64,000 nt of DNA from Neoechinorhynchus agilis (lineage: Eukaryota > Animalia > Acanthocephala), in assembly GCA_051530055.1 (NCBI GenBank), contig CM121342.1, forward strand, positions 4,835,489 to 4,899,488. Direction: 5' to 3'. The translations under genes and the position numbers were made by a program. Of the stretch, positions 49,153 through 61,397 are shown one piece after another; position 1 is the stretch's first letter; each line of letters begins with the position of its first letter. The notes under the pieces are model-generated. The model did no database searches, was not told the origin of the DNA, and saw only the letters and a list, made by a program, of their open reading frames with translations.

Positions 49153-52100
49153 ATGCATTCGTCTATGAGACACGTTGATTCGGAGAAACTCACGGAATCG
49201 ACTGGTGAGTTGTTGGCGTCTAATGTCGACTCATCATCACCGTGCGGTGCTGAGATGCAAGGCTGCACAGTGCCATTGTCTGAGATAATTGACCTTGTAA
49301 TTAAGAGAGTTTACCATGAGATCTATGTCATGGTTGATTTGTTGGACCACAAGAAAGGGATGGAACGACGAGCATACTTGATAGAGTTCGCATCGACCTG
49401 TTACAATTTACTCTACCGACTGTATGCTGTTGTGCGATGGTCTCGAAAACGGTATCTTGCCTACAACATCACTAAATTCATTGATCATCTTATGCATCAA
49501 ACCGAAGAGGTGAAAAGAACTGCTGATATGCTCTATTACCTGTACCATGACGACCTTCCTGTGGCAATGTTGCCTGAATTAGACGTTGCATTGGCCTATA
49601 ATCACCTGAACTCTTCGAATCCTAAGGTTTTCTCGACCATTCCTGATGACGTCGTCCAAGAACTTGCTCCTGGATTACATGAAGACACCAATCGGAAACT
49701 CAATCCGAATCTCATAAACGCATATTTGCAATATATGCTGCATAAAGCGTGGTCGTGTTCACCTGCTGCTGCTGCTGATGAACGGGACGACACTCACTCG
49801 TTCTATGCACCTCCAATCGAATCGTGTGGAGTTCGTAGCACTATACGAAACGGCCGTCTTACTTTAAGATGTGAACATTATTATGAAACCACTCTGACTT
49901 TGAATCCACGCGCTTTCTTCTCTGCTCCACTTAGAGTTTTGGACGTTAAGTTCTTGGTCGATCACCGGGGAATGTGTACGCAGCCGCCGCCGCCGCCGTC
50001 GCCGAACACTCAATCACACATTGAACGACGACATTTCCTTCTTTGCTCAACTGATGGTCGCAATGAAAAATCATTCGGTGATCAAATTCTAAGTCCTAGA
50101 GATACACTCGGACTCATCCGAAACATGCAATGCGCTCTTGATCGATTCAACGGATCTCTTTTTATCCTTCACTCTGAACTAATGGCCATCGCAACTAGAT
50201 TAAAGTTTAACTTTTTAAAACAAGAATGGAACAGATTCGTACAAACCGAAGGGATTTTAGCTTCCGGGGACGATGTTCGACAAGTCGAAAGTTCTCAATC
50301 GTGTCTTCAAATCGAGTATTGGCGAGGAGGCAATGACAACAACAACAACAATGGTCCATTCAGTATCTCGTTTCTATACGAAGATTGGCACAAAGGTTCT
50401 CGTCTTACAATCCGACATAAACCTCCTTTTAGTGAATTGCGAACTCTTAGAATCGCTGAAGTATACGATTGCATCCATAGAGGTTCCATAAAATCGGCAC
50501 TGGATCGAACTATTTATTATAGGAGTGTAGACGTACTCGGCCGACTACACCGCGTACTAAAGGATTCAGGAATCGCGGCAACTGAACTTATCGTTGGTCA
50601 TCAATATCAATCACCACATCTTTCAATTCAGATCATTCCAAACTTAAAGTTCGCATGTCATCGTGTTCACATCGCTCAATATTCGGGATCGTTAGTAGTG
50701 ACCGAGGACGGTGATGGATGTCATAGTGAACAGCTTGTTCAAAAGTACAAACACGTGCTCGCTCGCTTAGATCCGAAATCGGCTGAGCAGCTAATCACAT
50801 ATTTTCGACTACATTACGCTCATCGAATTGTGAGTGAATTGATGAAAGCTTTGCCGTTTATGAGACAGTTGGTGTCTAAAGAAAGCATTATTGATTCCCA
50901 ACCGTCTTCTCAGTTCGATCCTTTAATTGCTCGCATATTCAACCACAACCAATCTTTACTCGTGATTACGATGCCAACCCAATTGAGCAGTCAAATCCGG
51001 TTTGGCTTCATTCAAGATCCCACTGAAACGAAACACTCTAGTGGAGGAGTCGTATGGCTCAACAATGATACTGTAGTTCGAGCGTCTTTACCCTTAACTG
51101 TGCCATCGGTATCAGATTTGGTCGAGAATCCGGAGAAATTCATGAGTAACATTGTTTACACGATTACTCATCTAAGAAAAATCCTTCCTCTTCTTATTGT
51201 GTACCGAGCAAATCCAGGTCCGAATGCAATACAACCAAAGATATTCTATCAAGACCGAGATTTCTATCTAAATATTCCCACTACAGACTCTACGCCAAAT
51301 CTAAGTGAATATGAACACTTGAAAGTTCATTTTGCTAACGATCACATCGTTTCATGCAGACTATATTTCCAACTCGATCTTCGTACTCCGGTGTGGAGAT
51401 TAGAGTTCTTGTCCAAATTGAGCGGAAACAAGAAGTGTACGAACATTACAGACGATGACCTAGAAGAAGTTACAGAACACACGGACACCATTAAAATGGT
51501 CCAGGAGACGGAATATAGAGCTAATTACAATCCTTTGGAGCATTGGTTGACAACTCGTAGACTTGCACTTGGTACTCTGTCGTGCTTAGGGGATATTGTT
51601 CCTTTGTTGAAGGGTTGCATTCTTAAAGGAACACATCTTTTCAAAATATAAATATATCCAATAGACCAATTCATTAGTACCGAACAGAGTCCGAATCCAT
51701 GTTTAATAAGTCAACTGACGGTAGGTCGTTTCAGTGTAAAGTACAAAGACATGAAACTGGACATATCTTGTGACACACATTCATTCACATTACAAGTTCG
51801 AGGCCACAATACTCATATGGCTCTTTTAAAGACGATTGGAAGAGCCATTTCACACCGACATCAAACACACGGCATACTGTCTAAATTGAGTTGGATTAGA
51901 CAAATGTCACTCGTGATTGAATCACTCGATAGTATGGGAGTCAAGGTTGCTGATGTTGCTAATACCATAGAAGCACCGGCTTCGTTAGAACTTTTATCCA
52001 TATGGAACATTCGGGTTCATGACGATGACCGAATCGAGTTTCAATTTGTACCCGTAAAAACCAGTATGTTCGTCCAACGACTACCTGAATCCGAACACTT

Positions 52101-53076
52101 GATTCAACTAGACATTTCGGCACTACGAACAATGTTCGACACTCTACAACCAACAGAAGCTAGACTCTATGAACAGTTTCGACAGATTTTGTATTCGTTC
52201 AGCTCCTCCAGTTCGGACGATCTCATAAAGTTAACGTATGAACAATTCAGTCGACTAATTTCGAACAACGATGGACAATGTCCAATCTCGAATTTAATGA
52301 TGACGTTCTATATGATGGTACACTTGAATCGATACCTCTTATCGCCATCGTCGCCTAATTGTTTGCTCCACAATAACGGAAACGGTGAAATTGACGGAAA
52401 TTGCGTGTACAAAAGTACTCAAACCTTGATCGCGTTCTCGTTTTCTTTGCGTTTAAAGGATTTTGGCCTCAAGTTAACTATTCATCCTGAACTATCGGAC
52501 GAACGAGTCGTCTCGGCCTACTCTCCAGTATTCTCGCATCTAGAGCAATTCTTCGAGAGACATGTAACTAATCAATCTTTACGTCCCAATGCACTCGTCG
52601 CATTCCTTAAACTCCTTGTAGACAGTGATCCTCACTGTCTTATGGACGTGGTTCGTTTAGAACAATTGTCCAATGAACGTATAAATGAATCCTCCTCCTC
52701 CTCAGTGTCTCCAATGCAACGACTGGGTTTTCGCGTAAAAGTAGAATTGGTCAATAAACTCGGAAGTGGCTCCTATAGACTAGAATATCCGAGTGTAAAG
52801 GTCGAACAAGACGTTACTTACATTGGTCTTTCAGTCAGAGACATGGTACGGAACTTGCCTGGATTCACGATTATTATCGCTTATCATTCCAGAACGAGAC
52901 ACATGACTTGCCATGCTTCGCAATTCGACCAGAATATCAGTGCTACCATGAAAAATGAGATCATTAGTTGTCTACTGTCCATAAATCAACCAGGACCTAG
53001 ACAGGGACTCCTTAGAAGCCTGACGGAATTCCTAAATCGATACCGAAACAACTCACTCACCAACATGCAACAATAG
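49153..53076 (+). CDS. MED14: Mediator subunit 14, two long exons joined by a probable 51-nt GT-AG intron (51614-51664)
   Basis: The N-terminus PLSEIIDLVIKRVYHEIYVMVDLL..RRAYLIEFA..LYRLYAVVRW matches the Med14 N-domain. The two ORFs are in the same frame and separated by one TAA lying inside GTTGCA..CAATAG. Confidence 0.75.
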
Positions 53077-53157
53077 TGATTCTCCCCTCAGCAATGCGTG
53101 TGAGAATAATAAAGTGTTAACACGATTTTTTCATGAAAAGTGCGTGGAAACAACTGT

Positions 53158-56100
53158 TCATTGTATCGATCTGCTTACGAGGTCAATTAGAGACTTTGTT
53201 CCCATTTCGTGCGCTTTTACAACCTCAAAAATCTGCATGGAAATGTTTTGGAGATAATCGTTAGCGTAAGAAGGCAACGAAATCAGATCCATTCCCGTGC
53301 AAATTCTAACAGCTCTCGATGTAATTCGCGAAGGAACGCATACACCAGTGGCCTGTTCAATCGACTCAAATCGAGTCGGCTCATCTGAAGCTTGATGAGT
53401 CAATAAACATCTAAGCTTATAATACTGTCCTTTGTGTTCATTATGAACACTGGTCTGAAACGAATAACGATCAATTGCGATCGAGTTTTTTAAAAACGAA
53501 CTTCGACTTCCAATGACCACGTACGGTCGTCGACAGTTTGCATTGACGAAGAAATGGTCGACGATTGCTGAAAGCAGTGTTTGGGCGTTATGAATCAGTG
53601 TTCCTTTGCCAAAATCGTCGATTAGAATCATACTTTGAGTCGGTAACTCTACACTTTCACTCAATTGAATTAGTTCGTTCATAAAGGCAGATTTGTCGGA
53701 ACGGATTGTAGCGTTCGCGGATGCAAATACAATGCGTCGGAAAATGGGCATCGAGACCCGTTTCGCTGGAACGCAGCAACCAATTTGACACAACACGATA
53801 CATTGAGCTATGGCCATCAAAAGAGCACTTTTTCCGCTTGCACTTGATCCTTCATATTATAGGGCGAAATCGGGGGGGGGAGAGTAAGAATTTTGAAACT
53901 AGAACGCAGAAATCGCCCAATAAACTAATGACGATTGGACGATTGTTGGAACATTTCAAGTCATTAGCGATCGCTTCTTCGTCCAAATGAGGATTATAGA
54001 TACCGTTGAAATCTACAGTTCCGTCCGAGAAATCGACGCTAGCCCATTTGTTAAGAACAGACGCGTACGCCAGTGCAAGATAAGCGTCCAATTCACCGAT
54101 CTTATGGACGATGCTCGATATAGCCCCAAGAATTAAAGGATTGAAGATCAATTCAAGTTTGTAAAACAAAGCAAGCTGTCGGTCTGAAATATAATCATGA
54201 ATGTTTCCAAATGTTTTGTCGAGTTCGTCCATTTGCTCGTTCTTATAATAGTAGACACTCTGGTCTTGGGCACGCCCATCCTCCATTGAGCGGATCTGGT
54301 TTGTGAAAGCTAAACGCATAGATGAACACGGTTCTCGAAGTTCGATCAGAAATCCTATTTGGGGAATAAATGCAACTCGGCATTGATCGCAAACACCAGA
54401 TGAAACTTGTCGCTTTGCTGCTTCACTCAAAATATCAGGAAACCCGCGAAGAGTACTTCTTGTCCGAACAGTGTTTGGCTGGTTCAAGGTTTTAAAAAGT
54501 CATTGTTTGGGAGAAAATGTTCCCGAGTACGATGTTTTGTCCGAATTTTCGCCGCTTCACGGCTTCTTCGGGAACTCTCAAAAGGTCAGAAAAGTGATAA
54601 ACTGTCTGACAATTCATCCTTCCGATTGAGTGACCCATCAGTTGGTCCTCCACGACCCTGCTACTCCTCCGCGACCTTGTCCGAATTTTCGCCGCTTCAT
54701 GGCTTCTTCGGGAACTCTTTCTCGCTCTCAAAAGGTCAGAAAAGTGATAAACTGTCTGACAATTCATCCTTCCGATTGAGTGCTACTCCACGACCAATAA
54801 GCAGAGTGCCCTTTTCAGAGCGAGGGAGAGTAACCGAAGAAGCTGTGAAGCGGCGAAAATTCGGACAAAACATCGTACTCGGGAACGTTTTTGGGGAGAG
54901 TACCCAACAAAAAGATGCCGTCCATCAATTATTAAAAAAATAAAATTATGAATTTTTAACCATTCACGATGGTTGAATTTGGGTGTCCATGAGCGTACGG
55001 TAGAAAAGAGTTGTACGCATCTTTCTCCGGATTCTCAGTTTCCTCCGTTCATCGACGACGTTTTCGTCCCTTTTTTTGTGCGTCATTGGCGATCGTGGAT
55101 TATGTGAACCGTTTGACAAACACTTAAACAAGGTTCCTGGAGCTTTTAGTCCACTTCACCTCAGCACAACTACACATTGACCAGGATTAGCTTTTCGACA
55201 TTGGCTCTAAAGATGTCAAACCCCGTCGAGAAAAAAAGAGAGGAGGAAATTAAAGTCTGGTATATGCTGGTGGCCACAGTCAGAAACTGTCGATCTAGTT
55301 CATCCAATTGCTCATCGAAGCCGTGCCGAATTTGAACGAAATCGGAATCAAACATGGAATTTAAAGCATAAAGTCCTTTTGATAAATGTTCAAGTTCATC
55401 AGTGGATGGAAGGAACTCCTCAGTTGATATTGGAGAGCCTCGTATAAACTTGCGCATGGAACTATAGGCAGCAATGAGTGATTCTAGCGTACGATGCATC
55501 GATCTAATAACGGCTGTACGTTCAGTCTGAGACATCGTTGAAAAGTTGTCAGTGAGGTTACCAACGGACTTTGGAATCGACGAGAGAGATCGCCTTAGTT
55601 CATTAAGAACGGTCCGGTTCTGCCGCAACCAATTAACCAATAGTCTGCGACGCTCAATTAAAGCCTCGTCAGCTAAAGGCATTGATATCCATTCTCGAAT
55701 CGTCGTCTTACCTTGGTGAGTAATTGCGTGTCTTGCAAGAAGATCCGTGGTCAATTCTTTTATTTGTTCGAGTCCTTGTAGTTCACCGATGAAAATTATA
55801 TGAGAACAAGACAGGCTTATAAGAGAAAAGCCGATAAATTTGCATCGATGAAAAATAATCCGAGATATCGTTTTGAGAAATAGTGTGAAACGGTTACGGC
55901 ACTGGAGTCATCATCAAGTTGAACACCCATTGTGTACCTGATCAAGGCGGTTACCGCACGATTGCAGGCATTATCTAGAACATAAGGTTCCTTCTGTTTT
56001 TGAACATTAAAAAATCCTCCATTGATAACCAAAATTGGCGTTTTTGTGGTGATTCGATGAATGCAGACATAGTGGTTATGCAAGGCCAGAATCTTCGATG

Positions 56101-56284
56101 GTCGGATTTCGTGTTCGATGAAAGTCTTCATCCAGTACTTTGATAGTTTCACATATTGAACTGTTTCACGGTCCAGTCCACCACTAAGAGCAACACCAAA
56201 CTCAAGACCGTTCCTAACTGCGTAGATCACCGCGTATTTGTGTCCTGGTGATGAATCCAATGATTCATCTTCTAAGAGATCCAT
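53158..56284 (-). CDS. MSH5: MutS homolog 5, divergent, four segments
   Basis: LRGFPDILSEAAK..CRVAFIPQIGFLI; GELDAYLALA; Walker A EGSSASGKS; SMILIDDFGKGT. Confidence 0.8.
54515..54895. mobile_element. TIR element with internal duplication nested inside the second MSH5 interruption
   Basis: aaaatgttcccgagtacgatgttttgtccgaattttcgccgcttc is mirrored by gaagcggcgaaaattcggacaaaacatcgtactcgggaacgtttt. A ~90-bp block is duplicated at 54538 and 54678. Confidence 0.8.
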
Positions 56285-57137
56285 CTTCAATTAGAGAGAA
56301 AGGTCATTTGAACCAGAATATTTGTTTTGCGTTTAAAAAATTGGTCAAAAACCATCGCCAGCCCAAGAATTCCAGATAAATCATTGTCAAAGAAATGTTT
56401 AGACATCGAGAAAAATAATGAGAAATAAAATCTAGGCCTGAGATTTGGTGCATATAAGCGCCCACGACTGATTTTAGTGTTAAATCGCATAGAATTTTTC
56501 AGATTAACCCAATAAACTTCCATGATTTAAGGAGAAAAAACCCGACATTTGTCTGTGAGAAAGACGAGAAGATCTCGTTTTGTTAATGAAAAAACGGCTA
56601 AGAGCGAATTTCGGAATTGTTTCTTACAGTTAAAAAGAAGCAAGTTGGTGATGACTTCATTCTGATTCTGATCTTCTAACCGCACTTTCGTCCTTCTGTA
56701 TACATCATCCGAATTTGAATTCATTTTCGAATGGCGGTCACTCATTATAACATTTAAGAGAAACAATTAAGAGACTTTCAATTCAAAGTCGAAATACATT
56801 TGTCTTGTTGATAGGAGAGAGAAATGAAATTAAGATTTTATTGGATATTTCGATCCACTATCTCGGATCTTCTTCAGCGATTGCTTGTAAGTTTTTCTCG
56901 AATACTTTTCAACATTTGTCTTTAAAATTTTATTCAGGGTGAAAAACTCGGTATTTTCTCTAATGGATAGGAGATGTCGGATAATGGAGAAGGTTTCAAA
57001 CAAAATGTGCAACTATTGGACCGTAGACGGGCATAAGAGAGAAAACAAAGAAGAAATCGAGTTCCTTAGTATAAAGATGAGTACTTAATCATCCGCTGCT
57101 TTCAAGGTTAAAATAAATTATTCTAAGAACGTTCATT

Positions 57138-58700
57138 TCACCCCTCGACTAATGCTGTTTCAACGACTTTGCTTTGAACCACTGGTTCCATTCGTGGGAG
57201 TGTATGGATGATTTCTTTTCGATGTAAGAAATCGCTACCAGGTGATTTGCGCCATAGAACAATTTCTTGTTGTTTAAAGTATCTCCGATCATCTTCATCC
57301 ACCAAGACAAGGTTAAGGTAATATTGAACCGAAAACTTATCCCTCACATTGCACATCGTGGGCGTAAGCAAGTCGTAAGCGCCCAAAAACATGCGTATTG
57401 GAATCGTTTCTCCTTTCGAAGGTGCACCGTCGAGGATTTCGTGGTGTGCCATGACCTCGGTTTCGCCATACGCACCAGGTCCGGTTCCAACGGTTTCCTT
57501 GCGAACCAATGAAATCTCCATGTATTTCACCTTTATTCTAACCAACGAGAAAAAAATCTTGCCGACGATAACATCCTTGAGGTGATACCGAGATTTATCG
57601 TACTCGAATTCTATGTGTACTGGTTCGAAGGAGACAAAATTGTGACAGAGGCGATAAGGTCTAAACTTTAGAATCAAAAGTTTTCAATTTCATATTTAAA
57701 TATTTCAAAAAGACTTTTCACGGCTCATAATTTCATGGCTTGGTCACATAACCAACACAGATCCGGTTCAAGGAAGCTCATTATCGTAACTGGCTATCCA
57801 GGCTTAAAAGATAAAATACGTTCAACTCCAATTCGATTATCCCGAAGGATTTTCTGTGTCGATGATCAAGAGAGCATTTTTGTACCTCGCAAATCGCTCA
57901 AAAAATAAAAATTCGACTTAATTCGTCTAAATTGAATTTGATAGGAATTCGAATAGCTCCAATTTGCAATCAAAAAAAACAGTCCTATGCTGCAGAGTAA
58001 AAAAATTCGTTATTGTGAAGAAAAAAATCGTGAAAAGTCCATTTCCAAAAATTGAAATTTTCCATACAATCGTCCTAATTAATTCTAGACTGACCGCTGA
58101 AAAGTCTCCTTCTTTTCGAACCACGCGTAAGCAGTCCTCAATACCAACTTCCATGTTGATTGGCTTCATAATCGGGCTCAGTTCATTTGTTTCGGTTTTC
58201 TTCAACGATTCCACATAAACGTCTTCCTCTACAATTGTGCTAGAGAATCGTTTTTGAACACTAAGTCGAATAAAGTACCGGAGTCGTACATTTGTACCAT
58301 AATAGGACTCAAATGGCTTATCAACGTTAGCGAAAGCAAAGTCGAACGTATTGTCTTGGCTCAGTTCACCAGGATACGCAAGGAGCTTTGACATTGAAAC
58401 GAACTCATGAACACTCGATCCACCCGAACTGCTGGCTAGAACTATGTTTTTGTCAGGATTAAGTTCCACTTGACCAATAAATTCCACTCGAATTCCTTGA
58501 TGTTCAAGACGTGAGCCCTGTTTTCGTAAAGATAAACTGACTCGACCAATTACATCATCACCGTCGTAATAAACCGGCAACGAACGTTCAACCTGTTCAG
58601 AATCTTTGACCATTCGCTTTAGACGATTAGCATTATCATTGAGATCAAAGGTGACATTAACCGACGATCCGCCAAGACCAAAAAAGCTCATTACCGACAT
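57138..58700 (-). CDS. VPS26: Retromer subunit VPS26, interrupted by a 510-nt hairpin insert (57618-58127)
   Basis: RLEHQGIRVEFIGQVEL; MEVGIEDCL / HIEFEYDKSRYHLKDVIVGKIFF; DRRYFKQQEIVLWRK. Confidence 0.96.
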
Positions 58701-61397
58701 TTTGGTTTGAAAAAAATCTAGAAAAATTAGAACATTTTTGGTGCGAATCAGAGTTGGTTAGGTAAACAGAGAAACCGATTCTTAGGAAAGAAATAATGGA
58801 ATAGCACGAGCAGGCGTATTGTCGGATGTCATTGAACGATCGATGTAGTTCATTGGCTATTTGTTCAAGTTTTGGCAAGTACACGCTCCTTATTTCATCA
58901 TCACCATTTTTAACTAAATGCCGAGTTAAAACAGTCACTAGACCTGAACAAAGTTCGAAATGTTCAGTTTGAATCAGTTTGTGTTCCATTGCTCGCACAA
59001 GAGCGCCAATTTCGTCAAAATCAAGCATATCCACTTCTTCGACGATCTGAACTGCCGTGCTCGATTCCAAATTTCGCATCAATGTGCTCGGTTCGTTTAA
59101 ACTGTAAGTGTGAAGAAGCTCTGACTTTTTCCGCTTTTTCGTATTCTCGTGTTTTGGTTGCTTGTCAATGTCGCTGGTGTTGGACAAGAAGAACGGAATT
59201 TCAGTAGGGCGTTTGATAGTCGGTTCGGCTGGACGACATTTTGTTTGAATCACATCGGCGTGGATTAGGGAACGTAATGTTCGAGATCCATAAGGACTAA
59301 GTAAAATCTCATCATTTGTTATTTTAGGAACTAAATTAGTTGTTAGACATATTTGGTCACTGAACGTCCTTACGAATACTTCAATAAGTTGACTGTTTTG
59401 GCGTGAAATGGCCAGTAGATCATTGGAGTCCACGTCCATGGAAACAACGGGCGAGTCAAATTGAAGTGAATCAATAAGATGTCCGGTTAAAAAATCCCAT
59501 ATCTGTACGTAACATTCATTGATCGCCAGCACTAATTGAGCGTCTAATGAGGAGTAAATTCGTGGAATGAAAAAGACCAAAAAAAACAACCGAAATGACA
59601 CAAATTCTCCTTCTATCCGGTAAAACGTGGACTTCTTACAAGCCCGATTTTAGTTTCCAACAACCGAATTACGGTCATTTTGTTGCAATCCACAAGAACC
59701 AAAGTGTTTTTTGACGGAACAGCAAGGATTGCTCGCTGTCTAAGAAGGTGAGTTTTCCCGGTGACTCCGTTTGATATCTTAAGAACAGTTGGTTTTTCAT
59801 TTTTAAGTTCCAGAATCGCTGAAGCTTCATCGACCAAATTTTGTTTCAATACCGAAACGTTCGTACTTAATAGAAGTTCGCGGTTTAGTTGGGTCAAATG
59901 AACGCTAATTATTCTTTCATCTGAGCAGACTTTAAAGTAGTACATGTTCCGCAATTCTTGGACTTCAAGATTAAACACTGCGACAACAACAAGTGGATCG
60001 ATGTTATCATAACCGACGATGGCAAAGTTACCACAGCACGAAATATCTGCACATTTCGCCACTTGTTCTTTGTGCTTTTTCGACTTTAATGGTTTAAGAA
60101 TCCCATTATAATCCCAGTTACGAGTGCCAGAACAAGCCGTACTTACGCCGCTTTGATGGCGATGGAGGCAAATCACATTTTCAAAGAAATTTTCCTTTTG
60201 CTCTTGTACACAAACGTCCAGAATTGGAGATGGTAGTAAGTGTGGTTTCAAATGAAGCTCATTTCCAAATGGTCTATACATGCTCAAGTTATAGGATAAT
60301 AGCTTTTGACCGGACGCAACAAGAACTCTACTGGTATCATCTTGAATGAAACGGATTTGCTGAACAAAACTTGGATTGCCTTTCCGTTCCCGAAGAAGTC
60401 TTAGCCGATTGTTGTTATCGTCCACTACGAACTGTCTTAGAGCATTATCATCGGAAGCGACCAAAATCACTGGGATCGTTGAAAGGAATTCTAGCTTCGT
60501 TATGGTGTCCAGTCTTTGAGAGAATCGAAGATCCGTCCCTCAAAAACTGCTAAATCCAAGACCAACCAATTGATGAATGTGTTGACGTTCGTTAAGATCC
60601 CAACAAGCTATGAATCCGTTGCCACCAGTGACCAGTTGGTCTCGTTTTCTATCTAATCTAAATGAAGCAGCTAAAACTGGTCCATGTTCATGTTGAAATC
60701 TTAATATTTGTTTATCTTGAGCAAGGTCATACACAACACAATCTCCATTATCGAATCCAATAGCAACAATGTCTACGACTGTCGATTGAACCACACAATG
60801 TATTTGTGAGTTAAACTTAAATTCGTAAATTATTCGACCATGTTTAACATTCACGAGTTGAGCATTCCTTCCTTGTACAATTAGAACTTTGTTAAGATAA
60901 GTTGCTGGATGGACGATGAAAGGTCTTGAGTTTAATTCTTGGTTCAATAAACTCAAAGAAACGTCGATTACGTTTTCTTTGAACGCCCAAATGTGAACTT
61001 GTGATCTATAGTCAACAATAACAACATGAAACGAATCAAACATATACATATCGGCCACTTCTTCATCGATTTTCAATTTCTCGTAGTTTTCTTGGAAACT
61101 TTTGGTGTCGATAATCGTTATAACGTTCCTTATGGCAACAAAAATCCAACCATTCCCACTGCATAGACAATTTATGCGCTCATTTTGAAAATCAATTAGC
61201 GATTCACTTTGACCAACGTAAGCGATATCGTTTCCTCGGAACTTCAAAATACTCCCACCGGCCACTGTGAACACTTGAAGCTCACTTTTAGAAATTGTGA
61301 GACTCGTACAAAACGGTACATATGAATCAGACACTTGACCACATCTCAGAAAAGGAGAATACGTCTTCGATGACGTCATCTTTGTGAAATTCACCAT
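58657..61397 (-). CDS. WDR36: WD40 protein WDR36/UTP21, three segments
   Basis: IVHPATYLNKVL; VVQSTVVDIVAIG; DNALRQF..RLLRERKG; EHFELCSGLVTVLTRH. The 3' end is uncertain. Confidence 0.88.

Noticed and set aside
51589-51663. MED14 in-frame TAA as a hairpin/TAG-repeat insert or as stop-codon readthrough
   Set aside because: A normal 51-nt GT-AG intron (G|GTTGCA..CAATAG|AC, 51614-51664) removes the stop and keeps LGDIVPLLK, which looks exonic.
59545-59630. Second WDR36 break as a non-canonical insert (TCCACG direct repeat)
   Set aside because: An in-phase GT-AG intron (C|GTTTTA..CATTAG|AC) with a long pyrimidine tract explains it, and the terminal pairing is weak.
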